This document shows positions 1 to 14,028 of a stretch of 64,000 nt of DNA, one piece after another. How positions within the stretch are numbered: the first letter of the stretch is position 1; every line of letters begins with the position of its first letter. The notes beneath the pieces were generated by a model that was not told the DNA's origin, made no database searches, and saw only the letters and a list, made by a program, of their open reading frames with translations. The position numbers and the translations under genes are program-made. The stretch comes from Octopus vulgaris (Eukaryota), in contig OX597822.1 in NCBI GenBank assembly GCA_951406725.2, positions 51,894,001 through 51,958,000 on the forward strand, read 5' to 3'.

Positions 1-660
1 GGTATCCACATGAATAAGGTCGATATAGCTCGTAGGAAGAGCTCCTGGATCCTAAGAACATTCCGGTCAGAGAACAAGGTGTCATCATTCCAATGTTCTC
101 CTCCGTTGTACAGCCACACCTGGGATACTGCTGCCCCCTGTGGTCTCCCCATACTAAACAAAGCATTTCGAAAATTGTTTCACTCCAGACAGCACTCACT
201 GAAAAGTCATGACTGATCTCGATTATTGCGACTGCCTTAAATCATTGAAACTCTTATATACCATTATATACCACCAGCATTGCCCAAACGACCTAAACAT
301 TAGTTTCAGAATTCATCCGAGACTAGGACCATGGGACATACGTCACAACACATAAATACATAAATATACTGGATCGCAACACATAAATATACTGCAAAAC
401 AATTACTTTTCCTCAACAGGCCCAGGCATATTTAACATTGTTCCAAAATAGATCAAAAAGTAAAATGATCCCATCACTTTTAAACGGAATCTGGGCGACT
501 TTCTGTAAGGAATGCCAGATAAGACATCTATACCAGGATACAACTCACTCAACAAAAACTCTCTATTCAAATGGACCATGATACCACAAAACTTGACTTC
601 AAAGAATTTAGTTAATCCATCATGTGGTGCTGTTAAGTTAGACATGGCCTGGAACTATCA
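1..660 (+). mobile_element. 3' fragment of a CR1/L2-like LINE (post-RT C-terminal region), degenerate
   Basis: Frameshifted translation gives ARRKSSWILRTF, then LVQPHLGYCCPLWSPH..., matching the 'ILRTF...LVRPHLEYC..VWSP' C-terminal motif of CR1/L2/Jockey-group ORF2. There are multiple stops. Confidence 0.7.
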
Positions 661-696
661 TTGGTCAAAACATATGTAAGTTACATACATACGCCT

Positions 697-699
<3 letters not shown>

Positions 700-737
<38 letters not shown>

Positions 738-760
738 TGTGTGTGTGTGTGCGTGTGTGT

Positions 761-794
<34 letters not shown>
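700..794. repeat. (TG)n microsatellite
   Basis: Direct reading of the sequence. Confidence 0.98.
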
Positions 795-1129
795 CTGACC
801 AAAAAAAAGTCAGGAAAACTCGTCCTACATGTAAGAATTGTAATATCCATGTTTGCCAAAAACAGTGCAATGTCTTCTGCTTTCACTGCCAGGAAGAACT
901 GTAATTCTGTATTTTTGTATTTTTTTAAATTTATAATATATTCTGTGAGCTGTATTTTTTAATTAAAATTTGTGTGAAACAGTAATTTTTCATTTACCTG
1001 ACAGCATATATAATGTAGCTAAGAAATAGTGGTAGTTTAAATAACATTTAATTAAAAGAAAAATATTGGGTCCATTGGACCCGGTTGGTAGTTAGTGACA
1101 TACATTTTCTCAGTTGAACCAAGGGTTAA
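795..1129 (+). mobile_element. piggyBac transposon 3' end (cysteine-rich C-terminal domain plus right terminus)
   Basis: RKTRPTCKNCNIHVCQKQCNVFCFHC* resembles the piggyBac C-terminal Cys-rich domain. A subterminal palindrome GGGTCCATTGGACCC lies at about 1068-1082. The terminus ...AAGGG at 1125 is followed by TTAA (1126-1129). Confidence 0.75.
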
Positions 1130-1297
1130 TCCTTGACCAGTCACATTCTGAACAGAATTGATAGCGAACTAGTTTTCTCCTCCTATGGCATAAATCAGTC
1201 TTGAACACACAACTTGGCATTTCCCTAACTTTATGTCTTGCATATGTATTTATAACTCAGTTTAGTCCTCTCCGCTTACAGGTATTTATTTTCTTGT

Positions 1298-1511
1298 AAG
1301 GCGGCGAGCTGGCAGAAACGTTAGCACGCCGGGCGAAATGCTTAGCCGTTCTGAGTTCAAATTCTGCCGAGGTCGACTTTACCTTTCATCCTTTCGGGGT
1401 CGATAAATTAAGTACCAGTTACGCACTGGGGTCGATGTAATCGACTTAATCCGTTTGTCTGTCCTTGTTTGTCCTCTATGTGTATAGCTCCTTTTGGGTA
1501 GTAAAGAAATG
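1298..1511 (+). mobile_element. tRNA-derived SINE, family A (central GCCTTTCATCCTTTCGGGGTCGATAAATTAAGTACCAG domain)
   Basis: Head GGCGGCGAGCTGGCAGAA...GAGTTCAAATTC (A/B-box like). TSD of 17 bp, GGTAT(T/A)TATTTTCTTGT, at 1281-1297 and 1512-1528. Five other copies occur in the window. Confidence 0.9.
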
Positions 1512-3505
1512 GGTATATATTTTCTTGTTCACAGTTTCTTCTCTTTGCAACACCTTTAATCTCATAACATTTATCATCCTACACGGAAGTTCAACCATAA
1601 GATTTCCAGCATACATTTATTTAGCTGCTACATCCCTTCCAGATCTAATTCTTACGATAGTAAGTATATAATTTGTGTCATTGAATAGTTGTATGCTGTG
1701 CATCAAAAAGAAAAATTTAATGATGATGTTCATGATATTCAATTTTTTAATATCTTTCCAAAAATTTTATATTATTGAAATAGACGACAGTTAATAGAAA
1801 TTTTGGCCTAATTTCCTTGGATTCATTATAACCTCTCTGGCCCCACCTTTATTATGCGAAGACAATAGCGTCTACCACTCAGCAATTTATTACATTTCCA
1901 TCTATTGAAAGTTAGTACAATTAATAAATTTCCTTTATGGTAGGTAATTTTTATGGCTTCTAACTTTTATTACAATATTCCGTTTTTAGAGGATGTTATA
2001 TCGTACTTTTCAACAATGATTAATTGCCATATTTAATTACTGTAATTAATTACCATATTTATAAAAGTAAACAAATATATGACCTACTCGTTTTCTTTTG
2101 CATTGTGAAATAATTAGGCAACCTCCGTTGCTACAGCTAGACAACAATAGCATCGATCGTCTTACTATATCTCTACTTTTCGTTGTATAGGTTATTTAAT
2201 CATCATTCCAATAAACATCTAAATGATAAATTAACTACAGTATAACTACAGTATATTGTAACTGGAAACTTGTACATTAACTTTCGACTGATATCCGATT
2301 ATCCTATATAAGTGATCTGTAATCTGTAGCAAGAACGTAAATCACCTATTTTATTACCTGGATGACATATATCTGTAAGCAACGCCATGCTGCCCTTTTT
2401 TTTTTCTTTTTGATGATGATTATTAGAGCAACTCATAAGCTCTTTCGAGATCACGGGGGCTGATGAGGTATGAACATTAAAAAAATAAATCGTAAAAAAA
2501 ATTGTTTGTCTTTTATCTATTTCATGACCTACGTTCTTCAATCATATTATAAGTTATAGTCTTTTAATTTTTTCGCTAAATTTTACCCAATATCTTTGAT
2601 GATGCGTTGTATATATAGATATATTTACTCTGCGATTACTCCTGACGGGACAATGCAATTAGCTCGAAATGAAAGACAGTCTCATAGAATTTTCCCCGGA
2701 ACACACAGATAGATAACCATATGCAAATATGCGTCCCTTCCGGATTTTCTTTTTCAAATTGACAATTGTTATCTGCACATGTAATTGCATTGATGTGTGT
2801 ATGTGTATATGTATGTGTATATGTATGTATGTGTATATGTATATATACATGTATGTATGTATAGATATGTATATATGTATAGATATATAGATAGATTATT
2901 TCGATTATGCATAAAGATACTAATAACCTGGAGTTAGAACTCATTATGCATATGATTTAGAACAACGCACCAGTAGAGTACTGAGCAGTAATAAGAAAGT
3001 AAGATGAAGAAGTAATACGGAATTAAGTTTTGAACTCACGGCTGTTTCTGCAATATGTTGCAACGTACTTATAGTCGAATGTTTGTGTATCACCTGGTGG
3101 CTTCATCGGAGCTTCAAACCTGAAGAGCAATTTTATTTAGGAAAACATTTCCATCCATATGTGTGTATGCATGTATTTATTTTGTGTGTGTGTGTGAATG
3201 TATGTATACAAAGGAAAGCATTACAAACGAAAAAGTATAAACTATAAACCCTATTACTAGATTAGTATATGCGGGTGCAAATTCCGTTCCCATAGATCGT
3301 TATTTTCCGATATTCGTTACCGCCACAGTTAAAGGTCTTCCCCGCTGGTACCAGGTGTGTGGCCTTGGAAATGAAATCCATTTTGTAACGTTCGTTTACG
3401 TTCTCCCCATGCTTTCCGACCCAGTATTTGATTGCTTCCTGCTGTGAAGTATCTAAAGTGTGAAGTATCTATTTCTTGTGTGTGTGCGTATGTGTGTGTG
3501 TATGT

Positions 3506-3552
<47 letters not shown>

Positions 3553-4089
3553 CCAGTCACTTCAGAAATGTAAACGCACGTGGATTGTTGGCAGTTTTCC
3601 TTATTTTTGCTTCTTTCTCTTTGAACTTTTCTCTTTCCAACAAAGAGTTATGCACGAAACTTTAACAACTCTCTTTTTTCACCGAGCGTCAAATTAATAT
3701 ATTTCTTATGCACGTCTTCATGTTCGTTTTTATTCTACTTTTTGGTTGTTTGTTCTTTGAATTGACTATATATATATATGTTCATATGTATCTTCGTGTG
3801 CGTGTGTGTGTTGGTATGTGTGAGTGCGTGTGTTTGTATGTGTGTGTGCAAGTATATATTGCGTCTCTTAGATTAAGTCATGTAAACAAAAGTAATAATT
3901 CATAAATATGACTAAGAGAAGAAATGTTACAGCCCTTGATCTATTTCAGAGTACCTGAGACTTAGTGAGAGGATGTGAGAAATTCATTCTCAGATTGGAA
4001 ATCTGACACCTTAATTTGAAAGAGAATGAATTTCACTAAAGATACTCGAGGTCAGCGTGGTAATTTACACAGGTGAAAGAGTCACGTTT

Positions 4090-4280
4090 GTCACCCAAAA
4101 TCAGGAGTCACCTTCGGATAGACTTCTACACAGTTTCCGTACACAAATTTTCATTCATAAGGATTTGGTAGTCCTGAGAGTGAGCTGAAAATGCGTTTCA
4201 ATTCTATCACCTTGTTGAATTGAACGTATATGTACGTATTGGAGAATCAAATTTCCGAAGCCATAGAACCATGTCTGCGC
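4090..4280 (-). mobile_element. Degenerate SINE family B head fragment
   Basis: Reverse complement resembles GACGGAAACTG.. and the CATGGTTC head of the copies at 19995 and 27295. Confidence 0.45.
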
Positions 4281-5139
4281 ACTTAATTTCAACATGGTTT
4301 TATGCTCTAGTATCCGGTTGTTAATACATTTATTCTATTTTGCCTGAGTATTATTACTCTGAAATAAATAATATTTATTTAACAGACTGAATGAAGAAAC
4401 ACAGCGCAGATTGTAGCTTAGATTCAATATGAATTCTGAATGGAATGAAACACAATTTAGATGGTATTCCTCTTCTGACTAACCCAGCGGAGCAGTTCAA
4501 GGTATCGTATACAATATTTATTGATTTCATCAATATACTTGATTCTTAGATTTTGTATAACTGCAAATGTTCACCCGCAAATTCTCGCGAAGAAACCCCA
4601 TTTCTGGATCTCTTGTAATTCAGTATTAGATCATTTCTGCATCTCTTGTTATTCAGAATTGGAAGACAATTAAGGTTGACTGACAGTACAAAATTTACTC
4701 AAATATTTCTTTTTAAAAACGTGATCTGGTTGATACCGAAGCATAATACATCTGAGGGAATATAGTATCTATAGAAAAGACACGATGTTAATTTATTTTA
4801 GGCCTTTCACACTGTAGTAGAGGTTCTGGCCACTCATACGTTAATGCGAGAAGCATTACTTGCTAATCCTTGCATCCTTGTCTCCCGTAATGCATAGAAC
4901 ATACAGCACCTAAGATATTTTTGAGTACAAATATCCGTCAATTATAAATAATGTACATAATTCCCCATCTCTTGAATATAGAACTGTTTTACGAATGAAT
5001 TAGTTCAGAATGGGGCGTAAGTAACAGCGAATAAAACTTTCAATAAATTTATATTCAGTATATATTTGCTGTCTACTAAGTTTATACGTTCTTGTAGGTT
5101 GTTTTTTTTTAATCAAGTGAAGCAGTGTCTATGTTGCTG

Positions 5140-5310
5140 CTAATGCTGATGATGGTGATGATGGTGACGATGATGATGAGGAGGAGGAGGGCGATGACGA
5201 TGATGACGAAGGAGGAGGGGGAGAAGAAGAAGAAGAAGAAGAAGAAGAAGAAGAAGAAGAAGAAGAAGAAGAAGAAGAAGAAGAAGAAGAAGATAATGGC
5301 GATGATGATT
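5140..5310. repeat. (GAT)n/(GAG)n/(GAA)n compound trinucleotide repeat
   Basis: Direct reading; the pure (GAA)n run spans about 5223-5294. Confidence 0.95.
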
Positions 5311-6269
5311 AGTATAACAGGCTCACTGGCTTTTGCATGCTTTTCATCTCGATAATAATCATTGATTAATAATGAAATCAAATTAATTTCATTACAATTG
5401 TAATCCTTCCATTATTACCTACCGAATCACATCACAACGTTCCCCGTATATAAAAGAAGCCTCCTGCATACGAGATTAAAGAGACTTCGTAAGAATTATT
5501 TTCCATAAGATCCTTGTTTTCCCTGCTCTCCTTGCTCTATTATCATTTGCAGATATTCCCTGACACGAACAAACTAATCGTACCGGTGACACGAAGTCTC
5601 TACAATTGACTAATGAAGAGAAAGCAACAATAGACATACAACTATTGAATCGAGGTGGCTTTATTACAGAATTATATTATGGCGTTGTGATGGTGACAGT
5701 TGTAGTGCTGAACGCTAGGAATATTTCTGATGGCTACATTTGTGATGGAAAATATTGAGAGTTCCAAACAATACTGATGTAGTCTTGGTGTCGGCGACGA
5801 TGAAGATAATGGTACATTTACTGGGTTTGTTTGCTAGAAAGTTTGGAAGTGTGCGCTGTAATTATGACAGTACTAATAAAAGTACTAAACGCCATCGGCA
5901 TTTAACAAATTATTTGTCATACACTAGAGCATTATTTCATCTTCGTAAGCTACACTGATTTTAAGAGAAAAAAAAAAACAGCTTTAATTTAATTGTGCAA
6001 CATTTCAAATCTGTTAGTTAGCATTGTTAGCTTCTTTTTGTAATTTCAGTGACGATAGTGTATTTACGATATGTGTAAAGATGTAATTGTTAAAGAGGCA
6101 CGCACACTTTTACATACATATATAATTATTTGTATACATATATATACACACACACAGATGTAGTATGTATGTATGTATTATATGTATATTAACACACGAT
6201 GTATTATGTATAGTATGTTATATAATATAAAAATATATAATTATTATAGCCAGTATATATATGTTTATA

Positions 6270-6452
<183 letters not shown>

Positions 6453-6474
6453 AGGCCACCACGTTTTGCTCAAA

Positions 6475-6820
6475 AAACGCTACTCAGGTCACAAGAACTG
6501 AACTTGGAAATACCCTGACATTCGCCATATTCCCCTGACCGTGCACCAAATGATTATCATGTTCTCCAGGCATTAGACAGCTTTTTGACGGAAAAAAAAC
6601 TTCAAATCTGAAAAAGATGCAAAAGTAGCCTTTCGTGATTTCATCACCTCTTGCTCTCCAGAATTCTTCGCTACCGGCATAAATAAGCTATCGATAAAAT
6701 GGCAAAAGTGTGTTGATAATTTAGGTGCATACTTTGATTGCCTGAATTGCTTTTTGTTGAGATAAAGTAAAATAAACTTTCAGTTCAAAATCGGACGTGT
6801 CATTCTTAACTACCTGATGT
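6475..6820 (+). mobile_element. mariner transposase 3' fragment with probable right TIR
   Basis: Translation HSPYSPDRAPNDYHVLQALDSFL...EFFATGINKLSIKWQKCVDNLGAYFD matches the mariner YSPDLAPSDYH motif and C-terminus. The fragment ends in ...AACTACCTGATGTA. Confidence 0.85.
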
Positions 6821-7117
6821 ATTAAGAAAAAAAGAGTCAGTCAGAAATTTGGATAATCTTTTAGTAGCGCTTTCATCCATTTACGACCTCGTCAAGACAA
6901 AATCAAAATCAAAATGGTAAAAACAGAACGTTTCGTTTTTTATTTGTATGAGTCGGGTGTTTTTTTGTGTGTGTGTTTTTTTGTTTTTGTTTTGTTTAGA
7001 AGAAGAGAGTACTGTCTTTTTGTTTTTTTTTGTAAAACGGGAGAGAAGGAGAAAAGCAAAGCGATAGGATAGACAGAGAGAGCGCGGTTCCGGGACAATC
7101 AAGAAAGAGGAGAAAAA

Positions 7118-7127
7118 AATAATAATG

Positions 7128-7169
<42 letters not shown>

Positions 7170-7172
7170 GTA

Positions 7173-7253
<81 letters not shown>
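7118..7253. repeat. (AAT)n microsatellite
   Basis: Direct reading. Confidence 0.97.
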
Positions 7254-7255
<2 letters not shown>

Positions 7256-7587
7256 GGATGGGGAATGGGGAAAGAATAGAGAGATAGATAGAAAGATACC
7301 GATATAGTCAATTCATTAAAATTTCATGTCAAAGTATTTTTCTTTCTTCTTTTTCTTTTCTCCATAGTATACGTATCAACATGGAAGAAAGAAGACAATC
7401 GGGGAGGATGCAGTCATCACTGAAAAATTCAAAAGGGTTCTAGGTTCAAAGTATTAGAAGAATGTATATTCTTTTAGTATGTATAGCCATATTCTGTGTA
7501 ATTCTACGTTTTGCATGAAACCTCTGTCTCTATCTATTTCTCCGCCCCCGCTTTGTTTTTCTTTCTCTCTCTCCCTCTCTCTCTATC

Positions 7588-7630
<43 letters not shown>

Positions 7631-7752
7631 CCACACCCACCACAAAACAATATTCTTCTCTTCTAAACAAGCCAAAACATCCGATACATATAAATAAACA
7701 TCGAAACTTTCTAAAAGGATTAACCAAAGTTCTGACTGTCTCCTTTTTCTCA

Positions 7753-7789
<37 letters not shown>

Positions 7790-7823
7790 TATGTGTGTGT
7801 GTGTATACTTACACGCATGCATA

Positions 7824-7876
<53 letters not shown>

Positions 7877-8740
7877 TATATATATGTATATATATTCTCC
7901 GATTGACTATTCAATCGAGTGATCCCAACTCATGCCTCATGAACTATCGTTCGAGAACAATAAGCTAAGTGTCGGAACCCCTTCGATATAGTATATAAAA
8001 AAAAATACATCTAGAGTAAGTGCCCTAGCATGGATGCTGTTTAGTGACTGAATCATTTGAAATAAGAATTACGCACTGCATTGCTTTCGGCCGAAATCAC
8101 TTCATTTCTATTAGAGATTTCCTGTTGCCATGAAGTTGAAAAATTATAATAATAACAATTCTTCCTCTATCATGAAATATTTGAGGCTTCTCGGCGTCTC
8201 GTCGACGTATAAAATCTTCGTTCCAATTATATTGTTCACTATTTATATATATTTACAACCTTAATCCACCGTTGCCATCTCCGTTTACTTCCTAACATTG
8301 AGATTGTGCAGGGGTTCTCAATAATGAAGCCATATTTAAAATCATCCTTCATACACTTTCTTAAATTTTGCTCGGCTTAATACTGTAAAATTCAACCATC
8401 TTTTATAATTAAAAGCATATTGATTTTGTTTCTTAAGAGAATCAATTCTTTAACAACAGTTCTGTGATTGCTACCATTCTACACTAATGAGACATTGAAG
8501 TAAATATTCCCACTACAGTTTTGTCTGATATCAGTAGACGATGTCAAGTCTTTTCTTTTATTCATTTATTCATCGGTGATAAATGGCAATTTGTGATTGT
8601 TGATATAAATAAATCTCTTTACAATAAATTACTTTAGTATGTGCATAAAATTGAACATCACGTAAAAAATATATATAAAAGTTTATTTTGAAACTTAAGA
8701 AGTTTCAATTACTGGTTTGCAACCTAACTTCCCATATCTT

Positions 8741-8815
<75 letters not shown>

Positions 8816-9149
8816 GTCTCTGTCTCTCTCTGTTTGTTAAACTGTGAGTAGCTTTGTTATTAAGAGTTGTCATGTGATGTGAAGCAGGTAGTTACACAAT
8901 TTGAGAAATTATACATCTATGCTCACAGTGCCGAACTGTATATTTTGATTGACCTATTCATATCTAAATGGGCTATGATATTCTGAGTTGTTATGGTGTT
9001 GCTAATGTAAATCTGAAGATTTGAAACATAAATATGCTCGTTTTCTTTGATTATATCGCTTAAAATATTCGACATTAAATACGCTGCCGAAGATACTTAG
9101 AGATTTATACTTTATTACTTATTAGTTTTTCTTCAAATCCTATCCCCTA

Positions 9150-9330
9150 GATAACGCGCACGTAGTATATTAACTTGGGTGTTGCACTCACGTACATAAG
9201 ATCGTGGTTTTGATTCCCGGACCAGGTGATACGTAGTGTTCTTGTGCAAAATTCTTCATTTCACCTTGCAAAATCCCCTCAGCTATAAACATTAGCTGGG
9301 AAAGTAACATTACGATGAACCGTTGTGCTG
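9150..9330 (+). mobile_element. Degenerate tRNA-SINE
   Basis: GATCGTGGTTTTGATTCCCGGACC is a B-box-like segment, followed by GTGTTCTTGTGCAAAATTCTT; similar to the head of family C. Confidence 0.45.
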
Positions 9331-10318
9331 TCGTTTACGATGGTGAGGAGAGAATGTTGTAATATCAGCCACTTATTCTGGTGTTGTGACGCCTAGAGCT
9401 CATCAAAGATCCACGTCTAAGTCCCATTCTACATACTATTTGTTTCCAATTGAGCTTATAAAAGGAGCAGGTAATGGTTCAATTCTTGTCTTCTGTTAAC
9501 TAATTTGAAAGATAAAGTCTCCGGCAAAAATTTTAATAAAACGTGGGAATATATAAATAAATAAGTACTTGAAATTATTTTGTATAATGTCAGATGCCCT
9601 GTGAAGTGATTTACACTATTCTGAATACTAATGTATCTAAGCTAGGCTAACGAAATTCTTAATGCATCTCTCTTAAACCCATCAGAACTGAAGGATTTAT
9701 TGTAACTTCATTCTGACGCCGTTCCATTCGCTTTCTTTTCGTTTATTTTGTGTTCTATGTATTTATCCATTTATTTCTTTACACACGCATTAATTTAATG
9801 TTTTTCATTAATCATATGATATACTTCGTGATTATTGTTTATCAAAATAACAATTATCTATGATTCGAATTTGAAACTCCTATTCAACTTGGCTTTTATA
9901 TATATATTGAATATTAATAGAGGAATGTTTTTAGAATTTAAATCGGAAAAATACGATAAATTTCCATTGTAAAGTGTTGTTTTCACACTAAACCTTATCC
10001 ACCTGCAATATTTCGAATAGAAATAAGAAAATATAGACTTAAAGTCACAACAACGCAACGAAGAAAAAACAAGCAAGTCTTTTCAAACAACTCAAGATAT
10101 ATGGAAATTAAAAGAAAAACATTAATTATTCATGACAATAGCAACTAAATTTCAGAGGACTGTTAACAATAGCTCAAAATTTTAACTCGAATTTAGATAT
10201 CCAGACACACTGCTATGTTGATAAATTCTGTTGCACCTTCACTTTTGTTTTGATCATAATTGTCTTTATGATTAAAAAATAGGAATTTTATATAAATATA
10301 TATATATATGTATGTATC

Positions 10319-10371
<53 letters not shown>

Positions 10372-10385
10372 ATCATGTATGTATG

Positions 10386-10477
<92 letters not shown>

Positions 10478-10783
10478 TATTGTCTTGTATAAACATATAA
10501 CCGTTGGAATGATGCCTCTAATGATATTCATTATTGTTAAATGATATTTAATGAATTAATTAGAATATTTATCAGTAATTACACTTATTGCTCCAACAGA
10601 CTAAGATACCATGTTTAGATTTAATTATTTATCTTTTGTTGCTTTTTTCTTCGCATAATACACACGTCGGAGAGATGTTTTCTAGGTTTCAAGGTCCATC
10701 ATTAGATATTCATGATAACAAATAAGATTTCACAATAGACGTCAATTATATATATATATACACACACACACATACACACACAT

Positions 10784-10845
<62 letters not shown>

Positions 10846-10934
10846 TCTTTGTTTTAGTACTTGAATCACTCACGCATAAATACATACATGTATGCATGCA
10901 TACTTACGCACATACATATATACATATACATATG

Positions 10935-11022
<88 letters not shown>

Positions 11023-11111
11023 ATTGAAATTTACAGAAAAACAAAAGATGAAGACTGGTGTATAGACAAGAAGCAGGTGTATTATTGTGATGCTCTTGAA
11101 AGTGAGAACGT

Positions 11112-11148
11112 TGCTTACGTTTCGAGCCTACGCTCTTCAGCAGAAAGA
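11112..11148 (-). ncRNA. Minimal hammerhead-ribozyme-like motif (A6C core variant) in a Penelope-like repeat
   Basis: Minus strand reads CTGCTGA-A-GAGC-GTAG-GCTC-GAAA-CG-TA. Stem II is intact and stem III is palindromic (ACGT); stem I is decayed. Confidence 0.55.
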
Positions 11149-13377
11149 AATATAAGGAAATAAGGAGAGAGAATAAAGAAAGACTTGTGGATTTAGCGAT
11201 CAATCATGGCGACTAGTTGGGAACAAATAGTTTGACGGGAGAGCTAGGAAGAAGGAGAGTTAATAAAGTACTGGTAATCCCAAAAGGAAGGGGCGTGTGC
11301 TAGTGTGTGAGTGCTCCTGCGCGCATTTGCACGTTTGTTGATACTTCAGGTGCGAAGAGTGTGTACGTGTATGGGCGAGTGGGTTCGCGGGGTTCTATGT
11401 ATAATATAACGTAGACCAGCGGCCAGCAGTACCAGCGCCAACCGTCCGCCAAGAAATCACTACCCCAGGATCATCTTTATCTTTACCCATCTCAGCTAAA
11501 TGCTCATGACAAGCACTTATATCCCTCCTCTTTCTTCCCTCCTCTTCATTCCTATCAATCTTATACGACTCCCACTCTCACACATATGATCTCATCTTTT
11601 CCTTCCCTACTTTTTTGGCCGTTATATTTCTGCAAACATTTTTTTTTCTGTTTTTCTAGCTTCGCTATTCATTTCATCTCACATTTGCAGTGAGATGAAA
11701 CTCCAAGCGACATTGTAACCTTCATTTAATTAAGGCATTCTCAGCTTGATGGTTAGCTAAGTTCAGACCCCATCGTTGAGTAACTGTTACATCAGTGAAT
11801 CAGCTAGCTAAGAAACATATGAAGCCTGCATTTTACCCGTTTCAATCCCTTAATTTGTATTTTTATTCGCCTTTTTAACAAATACAGTTGCGAACCGTGT
11901 GCTATACAGAAACTTTCAGCTGATCGAGTATATTCCTAACTTCGATATGGGAGAAATTGTGTAACCTTCAACAGCAATAAATTGTTATTGTGCCTGATCG
12001 TACACTGTCCGCTTCAGGTTTTCTCTACCTGCCACGGACTGATTGAAGCTTACACACTTCCTACACTTTGATTCTTGGATCTTACCCTTATATATCAATG
12101 TCTGCGTATGTGTGTGAAGACTATTTTTTGTGTGCTATACATGATTTTTAAGAGCGTAAGAAGCGTAGGTGTATAAACTTGTATCCAATGTATTTTGTAC
12201 TTACGTAACTGGTTTAATTCTTATGGAATTAAAGTTTCGAGAGAAAATAGTACAGACAATCTTCTTCATTTTCGCATCCCTGCAATTAACGCTAAATTAC
12301 AAGTAAAAAATTCGCATTATTCTAAAGATGATTTCTAAAGAAGTTAAGACAGAGCTGTGGAAATTCCACATTTTATAAATTTCATATATTGATTTTGACA
12401 CATAACAATAAACAATAGAAAAACAGCATAGAATTGTATTGATGCTTTAAAATTTTCGCTATATTCTATCTTGTTGCTGCAGCTAAGGTTGGTTCAAACA
12501 TTACACTTACACATATGAACACTGTGATAGACAGAAAGACATAGACTTTCTGTTTACATATTTGTATATTCTTATACAACTCGATTTAGCTAATATTATA
12601 AGAAGTAAAGATATTCTCGGACATCCTGTGAGACAACAAACAATCCGAAGGATGAAGCTACGAAAACTAGATATCGTACTAAAATATACATTAAGACCAA
12701 TTCTAAATTATGTGACGGAAGTTTAGAGTAAGAAGAGACAACTGGGAATTTAGACGAGATATCTTGCTGCAAATACAGACTGCTTGACCAACGTTCCAGT
12801 TAAATGAAATTTAACGTGGAGGTGGAATAACTGCCGGAAATACAGGTATAAAGTCTGGAAGAGCTGGAAGAAATGAAAGGCGGAAGCGGCTAGAAAGGAA
12901 TATTTTGTTAGAACAGAAATTTAAACAGTCTGTAGAGAAGCTAAAATGATTTTTCCTATTTTTCTGCATCGAGAGAATCAGAGGCGGTAGTTGCTCCGAA
13001 TTACAAAATGTGGTGTTATATTGAATTGTAAACTATGTTGGGGAAATGTGAATTCAAAATCACAGTGGCGCACTTACCTTTCTTAATGCTCAGAAGCAAA
13101 AGGTTTTCGAGGAGAAAATGAAGGCAGAAAGTATATAGATGGAAGAGAACCTATCAGTCTTATACTCAATACAGAGACCAGCTATTGAGATGAATAGTAT
13201 AAAGTCAAAATGTTAACTAGAGACGACGGAGACATAGAGCTCACAATCGATACCCTCCTAGTCAACCAAGTAATACAGGGAAGACCATGCCCAAAAGCTG
13301 GTGTAGTATTATAATCATCACCTGCTGCAAGAACCTTCCCCAGGAAGTCGCAATTACATAGATACGAAAATTATAGA

Positions 13378-14028
13378 AATAATAAATCTTAGAGCGAGTT
13401 ATAAACAGTAGCTGCAACACATCGTGACGTATATTTGCCATTTAAATATGACTAATCCCTAAGGGTGGATGCTACTGTAGTTTGTAGCCCCAGGAGGACA
13501 CCTCCTCCAGCTGGCTTTAGACACACTTTCTGTGCCCTACCATATTTACAAAGGGAAGCCATCCTTCCCGTCTTCAACTTATGATACACGCGGACTCGAG
13601 TTTCTGGGTATTGACCCGTCATCGGCGTGTGACAATCACAGTTGTCGAGGAAAAGTAGGTTCCCTTAGCAAATACTTATACCTTTTCCAGTATCGTAAAG
13701 ACACTGATATCGAAAAGGTGTAATCAAGCAATAATAAATCTTAGAGCGAGTTATAAACAGTAGCTGCAACACATCTTGACGTATATTTACCTACTTTTCG
13801 TCGACAACTGTGATTGTTACACGCCGATGACGGGTCAATACCCAGAAACTGGAGTCCATGTGTATCATAAATTGAAGACGGGAAGGATGGCTTCCCTTTA
13901 CAAATACTGATAGGACACAGAAAGTGTGTCTAAAGCCAGCTGGTGGGGGTGTCCTCCTGGGACTACAAACTACAGTAGCATCCACCCTTAGGGGTTAGCC
14001 ATATTTAAATGGTAAATATACGTCACGA
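13378..14028. mobile_element. Penelope-like pLTR structure: ~240-bp inverted arms plus ~60-bp direct repeat, with an HHR in each arm
   Basis: Arms 13422-13659 and 13790-14028 are reverse complements. 13378-13440 is repeated directly at 13730-13790. Possible TSD ACGAAAATTA(T/G)AGA at 13364 and 14025. Confidence 0.8.
13587..13631 (-). ncRNA. Minimal type-I hammerhead ribozyme (U4C variant)
   Basis: Minus strand reads CACACG-CCGATGA-C-GGGT-CAAT-ACCC-A-GAAAC-TCGA-GTC-CGCGTG. Stem III is the palindrome ACTCGAGT and the cleavage triplet is GUC. A mirror copy lies on + at 13818-13862. Confidence 0.7.

Noticed and set aside
2642-2680. CTGACGG...GAAA and the nearby CTGAAGA...GAAA (3120-3145) as hammerheads
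   Set aside because: No supporting stems; expected by chance.
4386-4501. Possible host exon (AACAG| ... AAG|GTATCG)
   Set aside because: All three frames contain stops and only a 19-codon ATG-initiated stretch reaches the donor. There is no recognisable protein, so it cannot be supported without transcript data.
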